From Eimeria praecox (lineage: Eukaryota), in assembly GCA_963920595.1 (NCBI GenBank), contig OY986946.1, positions 4,340,001 through 4,404,000 of the forward strand: 64,000 nucleotides of DNA. The letters run 5' to 3'. Shown here in pieces: positions 54,473 through 64,000 of the stretch. Below the pieces are notes generated by a model. It saw nothing but the letters and a program-made list of their open reading frames with translations. It had not been told where the DNA came from and made no database searches. Each line of letters starts with the position of its first letter. Within the stretch, counting starts at the first letter, position 1. The translations under genes were made by a program, and so were the position numbers.

Positions 54473-57400
54473 TATCCTCCATCGTAATTCCTAAAGATAT
54501 AGACACTTCAAAACCTTAAATCTAACCCTAAACCCTAAACCCTAAACCCTAAACCCTAGACCCTAACCGCTAGCCATTGAGAGAGGCTGAGCTTTCTCTT
54601 GAGGATGATGCTCGACCAGACAGCCGTCCAAACAAGAGAAGAGCTATCTACTACTATATACACCGCAGCACCAGCGTATATCAACCCCGCTGTAAGAAGA
54701 GACAGATAAGAAAAAAAAAAACAAAAAGAGACAGATTAAAGAAAGAGAAGGTAGATTTTATAGGAAGGAGACAGTTTAAATAGAGAAGAGATAGGATAAA
54801 TAGAAAGGAGACAGATTATATAGAGAGGAGACAGATTATATAGAGAGGAGACAGATTATATAGAGAGGAGACAGATTATATAGAGAGGAGACAGATTATA
54901 TAGAGAGGAGACAGATTATATAGAGAGGAGACAGACTATATAGAGAGGAGACAGACTATATAGAGAGGAGACAGATTATATAGAGAGGAGACAGATTATA
55001 TAGAGAGGAGACAGATTATATAGAGAGGAGACAGATTATATAGAGAGGAGACAGATTATATAGAGAGGAGACAGACTATATAGAGAGGAGACAGATTATA
55101 TAGAGAGGAGACAGATTATATAGAGAGGAGACAGATTATATAGAGAGGAGACAGATTATATAGAGAGGAGACAGATTATATAGAGAGGAGACAGATTATA
55201 TAGAGAGGAGACAGATTATATAGAGAGGAGACAGATTATATAGAGAGGAGACAGATTATATAGAGAGGAGACAGATTATATAGAGAGGAGACAGATTATA
55301 TAGAGAGGAGACAGCTGTCAGAAGAGACAGAAAATATTCAAAGAAACAAACAGAGACAGAATAAATAGAGAAAAGATAGATTAAATATACAGGAGATAGA
55401 TTATATAGAGAAGAGACACATTAAATAGAGAGGAGACACATTATATAGAGAAGAGACAGATGAAGGAGGAGACAGAAAACAAACAAAATAAAAAGAGATA
55501 AAGAAGGAGACAGACAGAGAGAGAAAAGATAGATTAAATATACAGGAGATAGATTATATAGAGAAGAGACACATTAAATAGAGAGGAGACACATTATATA
55601 GAGAAGAGACAGATGAAGGAGGAGACAGAAAACAAACAAAATAAAAAGATATAAAGAAGGAGACAGACAGAAAACGAGGAAGATAAAGTAGAAGACAGAA
55701 AAAAAATAAACGAGAGGAGACAGAGAAAAGAGGAGACAGGGAGAGAAAGAGACAGATAAATAAGGAGACAGATAAATAAGGAGACAGATACATAAAGGAG
55801 ACAGATAAAAGAGGAGACAGGGAGAGGAAGAGACAGATACAGAAGGAGACAGATAAATAAAGGAGACAGATACACAAAGGAGACAGATAAAAGAGGAGAC
55901 AGGGAGAGGAAGAGACAGATACAGGAGGAGACAGATAAATAAGGAGACAGATAAATAAAGGAGACAGATAAATAAAGGAGACAGATAAATAAAGGAGACA
56001 GATAAATAAAGGAGACAGATAAATAGAGGAGACAGATAAATAAAGGAGACAGATAAATAAAGGAGGCAGATAAATAGAGGAGACAAATAAAAAAAGAGAC
56101 AGATAAATAAAGGAGACAGATAAATAAAGGAGACAGATAAATAAAGGAGACATATAGAAAAGAGACATACGTAAGAATATATGTAGATAAAGAGAGGGAA
56201 GAGAAACAGCATCGAGATAAATAAATAAAAGACAGAGACAAAAGGAGACAGGAGACAGAAGGATACAAAAGGAGACAGACATAAACAACTCTATCACTAT
56301 CAGCAACAGCAGCAAACAAACAAACAGACACACAGCAACAAAAAAAAAAACAGAGAGAGACAGACAGAGACAGAGAGAGACAAGCAGAGACAGAGAAAGA
56401 TAGACAGAGACAGAGGGATACAAACAGAGGGAGACAGAGACCAAGAATGAGGGCGAGAGAAGAGACTGTGGGGGCGTAATAAAGGAGACAGTAATATATA
56501 TTATTAAATATATTATAATATATATATTATAATGTAAATATATTTAAATATTCTTACCTTTCTTCAGGAGTTGATTGATAATATCTAAAAGAGACACCAT
56601 AAGCCCCTTCCTCCAGTCACATTCCCTAGAAAACAAACAAACAAAACAAACTGTCTCCTTCTTCTGTCTCCTTCTTCTGTCTCCTTCTTCTGTCCCCATC
56701 AACTTGTAGAAAGACAGAGACACCTCTCACTCCTTATTAAAAGGAGACACCTCATCTACCAGACACTTCAACAGGTGTACATGTTCCTAACTTATTATTC
56801 AAATCCCCCTCACTAGATCTACATTCAGAGCTACGGTGTATAGGCAGCTCTGCGGTGTACAGGCAGATCTGCGGTGTATAGGGAGGTCATGGGGGTATAG
56901 AGAGACTTGCGGTGTACAGACAGGTATGCAGTGAAGGTCTATTTAAAATGATTAGGGAGATATATTTAGGGTGTATAGGAAGGTATATTTAGGGTGTATA
57001 GGGAGATATATTTATGGTGTATCGGGAAGTGTATAGGGAGGATTATTTAGGGTGTACACGGAATTATATTTGGGGTGTATAGGGAGGTATATTAGGGAGG
57101 CATACTTGAGGCGTATAGGGAGGTATATTTGCGGTGTATAGGGAGGTATATTTGGGGTGTATAGGGAGGTATATTTGAGGTGTATAGGGAGGTATATTTC
57201 GGGTGTATAGGGAGGTATATTTGGGGTGTATAGGGAGGTGTATTTGTTTGTAATTACCTGAGGGACTGTTTAGTAGGTAGAAGACCAACCATCATCATCG
57301 AGTAATAGTGAGGAATTAAAATAGAGAAGGTGCTCGCCTAAGAAAAATAAAAGGAGACAGACACTCCAGACATAAGAAAGGAGACAGACACTCCAAACAT

Positions 57401-59384
57401 AAGAAAGGAGACAGACACTCCAAACATAAGGAGAGAGATAGATAGTTTAAACATAAGAAAGGAGACAGACAGTCTAAATATAAGAAAGGAGACAGACACT
57501 CCAAACATAAGAAAGGAGACAGACACTCCAAACATAAGGAGAGAGATAGATAGTTTAAACATAAGAAAGGAGACAGACAGTCTAAATATAAGAAAGGAGA
57601 CAGACACTCCAAACATAAGAAAGGAGACAGACACTCCAAACATAAGGAGAGAGATAGATAGTTTAAACATAAGAAAGGAGACAGACACTCCAGACATAAG
57701 AAAGGAGACAGACAGTCTAAATACAAGAGAGGAGACAGACACTCCAAACATAAGAAAGGAGACAGACAGTTTAAATAAGAGGCAGTATACGCAAGGAGAC
57801 AGACAATATAAACAAGGAGACAGTAGTGACAAGGAGACAGTAGTCGCAAGGAGACAGTGTAAAGGAGACAGACAATATAAACGAGGAGACAGTATAAAGG
57901 AGACAGTAGAAACAGGGAGAGAAAGGAGATAGGGGACAGTAAGGAGACAGTAAGGAGACAGTCTAAGGAGACAGTAAGGAGACAGTCTAAGGAGACACTG
58001 AAAGCAGACAGTGTAAGGAGACAGTGTAAGGAGACAGTGTAAGGAGACAGTGTCAGGAGACAGTGTAAGGAGACAGTGTAAGGAGACAGGAAAGAGACAG
58101 TAGAGAGACAGTAAGGAGACACCGTAAGGAGACAGAAAGGAGAGAGCAAGGAGACAGTAAAGACAGTGTGGGGAGACAGAAAGGAGACAGTAAAGACAGC
58201 GTGAGGAGACAGTCTAAAGAGACAGAAAGGAGACAGTATAAGGAGACAGTAAGTGTATGGAGACAGTGTAAGGGGACAGTGTAAGGAGACAGTACAAGGA
58301 GACAGTGTAAGTAGACAGTGTAAGGAGACACTGCAAGGAGACAGTGTAAGGAGACAGTGTAAGGAGACAGTGTAAGGAGACAGTGTAAGGAGACAGTGTA
58401 AGGAGACAGTGTAAGTAGACAGTGTAAGGAGACACTGCAAGGAGACAGTGTAAGGAGACAGTGTAAGGAGACAGTGTAAGGAGACAGTGTAAGGAGACAG
58501 TGTAAGGAGACAGTGTAAGGAGACAGTGTAAGGAGACAGTGTAAGGAGACAGTGTAAGGAGACAGTGTAAGGAGACAGTGTAAGGAGACAGTGTAAGGAG
58601 ACAGTGTAAGGAGACAGTGTAAGGAGACAGTGTAAGGAGACAGTGTAAGGAGACAGTGTAAGGAGACAGTGTAAGGAGACAGTGTAAGGAGACAGTGTAA
58701 GGAGACAGTGTAAGGAGACAGTGTAAGGAGACAGTGTAAGGAGACAGTGTAAGGAGACAGTGTAAGGAGACAGTGTAAGGAGACAGTGTAAGGAGACAGT
58801 GTAAGGAGACAGTGTAAGGAGACAGTGTAAGGAGACAGTGTAAGGAGACAGTGTAAGGAGACAGTGTAAGGAGACAGTGTAAGGAGACAGTGTAAGGAGA
58901 CAGTGTAAGGAGACAGTGTAAGGAGACAGTGTAAGGAGACAGTGTAAGGAGACAGTGTAAGGAGACAGTGTAAGGAGACAGTGTAAGGAGACAGTGTAAG
59001 GAGACAGTGTAAGGAGACAGTGTAAGGAGACAGTGTAAGGAGACAGTGTAAGGAGACAGTGTAGAGAGAGAGTGTGTGTTATACATTTGTTCCTCCGTTA
59101 AGCTTCATAACATTTACAAGAAGAGGTTGAACAGAGTACGCAGCAAGGAAAACAACAACTAAGAGAAGACGCAGCAGCAGCAGATGAGGGGACGACTGCT
59201 GCTGCTGCTGCTGCTTCTGCTGCTCTTCTTGTTGCTGCTGTTGCTGCTGCTTGTGCTGCTGCTGCAGATGCAGATGCTGCTGCTGCTGCTGCAGCTGCAG
59301 ATGCTGCTGCTGCTGCTGCAGCTGCAGATGCTGCTGCTGCTGCTGCAGCTGCAGATGCTGCTGCTGCTGCTGCAGGTGGTTCAT
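51736..59384 (-). CDS. Drug/metabolite transporter superfamily (SLC35/EamA-like) multipass protein; exons 59384-59085, 57337-57258, 56625-56558, 54689-54568, 54328-54138, 53202-53097, 52575-52468, 52162-52061, 51831-51736; last exon unresolved (~51300-51430)
   Basis: The phase-consistent splice product has about 10 hydrophobic segments. Examples: VVVFLAAYSVQPLLV, DIINQLLKKAGLIYAGAAVYIVVDSSSLVWTAVWSSIILKRKLSLSQWLAILVITCGV, GVCLILLSSILMGLTFVLNEK, GAVSTGILKGLKVALVF, CVAGVVMYS. Mostly invisible in the ORF track. Confidence 0.85.
54806..55314. repeat. 20-bp minisatellite (ACAGATTATATAGAGAGGAG)n, about 25 copies
   Basis: Near-perfect tandem array in a transporter intron. Confidence 0.97.
57350..57775. 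repeat. 27-bp minisatellite with variant units (AAACATAAGAAAGGAGACAGACACTCC)
   Basis: Directly visible. Variants recur with a 4-unit period. Confidence 0.9.
58255..59060. repeat. 13-bp minisatellite (GGAGACAGTGTAA)n
   Basis: Long perfect array from ~58441, degenerate on its left side. Confidence 0.97.
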
Positions 59385-60687
59385 TGCTGCTAGAAGGTTT
59401 TGTTGAGGTGTATATACACCTCAGATAGATATATATAAATATAAAGACAAAGCCGTATCTACAAAATAAAACAAATAGAAAAGAGGAGGGGGTAGGGAGG
59501 GAGAGGAGACAGTTAATCTAAATATAAACAAAGAAGAAATGATAGAAGAGACAGAGAGAGAGAAGATAAACCCTAAACCCTAAACCCTAAACCCTAAACC
59601 CTAAACCCTAAGAAGAAATAGATATTATGAGCCTTCTCTCAACACCTCAGCTTATAAAGAAAGAAGATAAGGAGACGAGAGAGAGAGAGAGAGAGAATAA
59701 ACAAGAGACACAAAGAATGAAGCAGCAAACTCCTCCCTAAACCCTACCCTTCAGCATTTATTAGGGTTTAGGGTTTAGGGTTTAGGGTTTAGGGCTTAGG
59801 GTTTGATCTGAGGCGTTGCTCGAGGGTAGTAGTTGTTGTTCCTTGTCTTAGGGTTTAGGGCTTAGGGTCTAGGGTTTAGGGTTTAGGGTTTAGGGTTTAG
59901 TGTTGTCCCTGCAGGCTTATAAACACTAAATAATAATAATAAAAACAAACAGAAATAATAAAAAGATAGAATAAATAAACAAAAGAAGATACAAACAAAT
60001 ACAAATTAACTGTGGGGTTTGGATTCTAAGGGGCAACGGGGCTATCACTATCTACTATTTCTCGAGTGTATATACACCTCAAATAATTTAAATTTTATAT
60101 AATTATTTAATTAATATTAAAATAATTATATTAAATATTTAAAAATATTATATTTGATAGAAATTTAATATCTAAACTAACACGAAATAGCAACAAAACC
60201 CTCAAACCACCTCCCGATACACCCGAGCTGCACGTACACCTCAAGTTTTTAGATTGTAAGATTAAACCCTAAACCCTAAACCCTAGACCCTAAACCCTAA
60301 ACCCTAGACCCTAGATGCTAAACCCTAGACCCGAGACACTATCCTGTCACTGGCTCTCAACCCTACTCTCCATAAACCCTAAACCCTAAACCCTAAACCC
60401 TAAACCCTAGTTGAGAGGCCTGTCCTTTCTCTGGTGTTTTGTGTCTCTCTTTGTGTTTATCTTTCTTTAAGTGTATATACAAATACAATACAAGACAAAT
60501 GAAGATAGAGATAAACAACATCAACCAGAGGATATAAACAATATAAACAACAACAAACAAAATAAATAAAAATAAAAATAATAAATAAATAAATAAATAA
60601 AATATTTTAAAGAGACACACCTGAAGCAACAGGGGGCCTCAGGGGCCCTTCACCTGCCCCACGATGTTATCTTCCTCCACACATCCA

Positions 60688-60718
<31 letters not shown>

Positions 60719-60886
60719 AATACAGCAACAGCAGCAGCAGCAGCAACAAATACAGCAGCAGCAGCAGCACCCCCGACCCGTCTCTGCCGCCGCAGCCACA
60801 GCAGCAGCAGCAGCAGCAGCAGGAGCAGCAGTAGCAGTAGCAGCAGCAGCACTCTCAAGAACCCCCTCAACCACAGCAACACCAAG

Positions 60887-60926
<40 letters not shown>

Positions 60927-60930
60927 GAAA

Positions 60931-61064
<134 letters not shown>

Positions 61065-61070
61065 GCAGCA

Positions 61071-62967
61071 ATGGCTGTGTATGCTGGGGGTCATTCAGAT
61101 TGTCTGTCGATAAGCGACGATCAACGTAGTTTTATAAAAAAAACAAATCGAAGAGAAGCGCATTTCTATCTGTGGGTATATACACTAGCCTATTATTATT
61201 ATAAACATACTGCTGCTGCTGCTGCTGCTGGTTGTGGTGCTGCTGCTGCTGCTGCTGTTGGTGGTGGTGGTGATGCTGCTGCAGCAGCAGCAGAAGCAAC
61301 AAGAGCTGATGCGGTGGATAGAGCTGCTGCTGCTGCTGCTGCAGCAGCAGCAGCAGAAGCAGCAGCAGCAAAAATGACAGAGATAGAAGCCGCAACAGCA
61401 GCAGCAGCAGCAACAGCAGCAACAACAGCAACAACAGCAGCAACAGCAGCAACAGCAGCAGCAGCAATAAGGGAGAGAATATTTCGTGATGGAGGATGTT
61501 TGCTTGGTTGTTTAAGAGATTGTCCCCTCTTACATTTAGATAGTATAATTAAAAATAAAAATAAAAATAAAATAAAAAATAAAATAATAAAATATAATAC
61601 AGAGAAAGGAGACAGATTTAGAGACAGTAAGATACAACTAGGAGACACTTATGATGGGGGAGACAGAGAGAGAGAAGAAGGAGACAGAGAGAGAGAAGAA
61701 GGAGACAGAGAGAGAGAAGAAGGAGACAGAGAGAGAGAAGAAGGAGACAGACAGACAGAAGGAGGAGACAGAGAGAGAGAAGAAAGAGACAGAGACAGAG
61801 AAGGAGACAGAGAGAGAGAAGAAGGAGACAGAGAGAGAGAAGAAGGAGACAGAGAGAGGGAAGAAGGAGACAGAGAGAGAGAAGGAGACAGAGACAGGGA
61901 GAGAGAAGAAGGAGACAGCAAGATAAAAAGAGACAGAGACAGAGAAGAAGAGAGAGATTTAGAGACAGACAGCCGAATAGCTGCATCTCTTCTACGGTAC
62001 TTACCTGCTGTCTTTGATATATCTATTTTAAATAAAAATAAAAATAAAAATAAAAATAAAAATAAAAATAATAATAATAATAATGAGGAGACAGAAATAA
62101 ATAAAGAGACAGAAAAAGAGAGGGAGAGAGAAGATAAGGAGACAGCAGATAAGGAGACAGCAGATAAGGAGACAGCAGATAAGGAGACAGCAGATAAGGA
62201 GACAGCAGATAAGGAGACAGCAGATAAGGAGACAGCAGATAAGGAGACAGCAGATAAGGAGACAGCAGACAAGGAGACAGCAGACAAGGAGACAGCAGAT
62301 AAGGAGACAGAAGATAAGGAGACAGAAGATAAGGAGACAGCAGATAAGGAGACAGCAGAGGAGGAGGATAAGGAGACAGTGGCTTTACATTTAGAGAATT
62401 TGTTGTTTGGCTTAGACGACCCGACAGTCGTAGATATTAAAATGGGTGAGGAGACAGTTAAATTAAAAACAAGGAGACAGTTAAATATAAAAGGAGACAG
62501 ATAAATTAAAAACAAGGAGACAGTTAAGTTATAAAGGAGACAGTTAAATTATAAAGGAGACAGTTCAATTAAAAACAAGGAGACAGTTAAATATAAAAGG
62601 GGACAGATAAAATAAAAGGAGACGGTTAAATTAAAAACAAGGAGACAGTTAAATTAAAAAGGAGACAGTTAAATTAAAAGGAGACAGTTAAATTAAAAGG
62701 AGACAGACAGATAAAGGAGACACCTGCCTGCAGGTGTCTCCTTTCATTAGAAGTTTAACATAACAGCAATTCTTACACCTGCCTCCCGGCAGCCTCTCGC
62801 TGCTGCTGCTGCTGCTGCTGCTGCTGTTAGTGTTCCTGCTTCGTTTGTTGCTGCTGTTGTATTTGCTGCTGCTGCTGCTGCTATATTTGCTGCTGCTGCT
62901 GCTGGATTTGCTGCTGCTGCTGCTGTTGGATTTGCTGCTGCTGCTGCTGCTGCTGCATCTGTTGTAT

Positions 62968-63003
<36 letters not shown>

Positions 63004-63961
63004 AGGGACTCGTCTCCACGGGGACTTGGCGAGCAGCAGCAAACGTAGGCGGGCTACCCTTCGAGCGGATATGAGAGGAGCGAAGAGATTAGGTGTCTCC
63101 TTATCGGGGTTGTGGGGTTGGGAGAGGAGACAGTTGTTTGTTTTTCTGGGGGGATCGAGAGCGAGACAGCAGCAGCAATTGCCTACAACTATACAAGATT
63201 ATATAGATTTAATACTTACTATTTTTAATAAAGGAGATAGATATATACAATATTATCTTTGTATATATCTTAAATTTATTATCTATAATATTAAAAATAT
63301 CTATAAACAACAAAATCTATTTAACTTATACTGCAGCAGCATACTCATCGTAGTAGGCACTGTTAACGACAAACAGGGGCCCCCTCAAGGGGGCCCCCCT
63401 CAAGGGGGCCCCTCTCAAGGGGGGCCCCTTCATGGGGGGCCCCCTCAAGGGGGGCTTCCTCATGGGGGGCCCCCTCAAGGGGGGCCCCCTGACGTAGTAA
63501 CGGAGGGGGGGCCCCCTGGGGGCCCCCCTGAAGGAATCTCATTGGGGCCTACTGGGAGAGGCCCCTTTGTTGACTGGCCCCCTTGGAGGGGGGCCCCCCT
63601 AGAAGAGGGGCCCCTCTGGAGAGGGGCCCCCCTAGAAGGGGGGCCCCCTGGGGGGGGGCCCCCTGTTGTAAGGGAGGGATGTATGGGGGGTGTGCGTGTG
63701 GGGTATGTGGAGCTGCGAGTGAAGATGATTGATTTTGCGCGTACAAGTTTTTATCCTACGGATATAGAAGAAGGTTATTTAAAGGGGTTAGAGACACTAC
63801 AGATAGCAGCAGAGACAGCAGCAGCAGCAATTGCTGCTGCTACAGACACACCTAAAACCCTCAAACAACTTATATTGCGATGGGAGGAGAAAGGAAAGAC
63901 AGAGGAGACACCAACAACCTCCCTAGACAATCCAAATACAACTAATAAGCTAGCTAGCTAG
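61071..63961 (+). CDS. Inositol polyphosphate kinase (IPMK/IP6K/IP3K 'IPK' family); exons 61071-62445, 63006-63961
   Basis: AGGH, REAHFY, LHLENLLFGLDDPTVVDIKMG|TR (PxxxDxKxG), LYCSSILIV (SSLL), VKMIDFA and GYLKGLETL. The junction ATG G|gtgag...ctcag|GG ACT is in phase. Confidence 0.92.
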
Positions 63962-64000
63962 CTAGCTAGCTAGCTAGCTGGGGAACTAGCTAGTAAACAA

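Noticed and set aside
55554..59086. Multiple 160-370 aa Cys/Leu-rich minus-strand ORFs
   Set aside because: They come from minisatellites inside transporter introns. The real exons are short and separately identified.

Overview
Eukaryotic coccidian DNA, almost certainly Eimeria sp. It has dense (CAG)n tracts giving homopolymeric amino-acid runs, interstitial (AAACCCT)n telomere-like arrays, TGCATGCA motifs and gypsy/chromovirus-like relics. Gene models were built by hand from splice signals, reading-phase consistency and recalled family motifs; no searches were run. In order along the window: a gypsy RT relic (+); a 3-exon 54-aa membrane microprotein absent from the ORF track (+); ZPR1 (-); a decayed gag-protease-RT retroelement (-); a secreted orphan (+); a rhoptry-kinase-like pseudokinase (+); exonuclease V/EXO5 (-); 18-exon SDHA (-); a DDX20/Gemin3-like DEAD-box helicase (+); a NAM8/RBP47/TRNAU1AP-like 3-RRM protein (+); a DMT/SLC35-like transporter (-); and an inositol polyphosphate kinase (+). 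Most long ORFs in the track are repeat artefacts. The most interesting signals are: strand-polarised and often inverted telomeric arrays at splice sites; the hidden microprotein; a PIP-degron-like motif on EXO5; a family of GGAGACAG-seeded minisatellites, some translated; and a recurrent GGTGTAYRTACACC palindrome. No tRNA, rRNA or CRISPR array was recognised.
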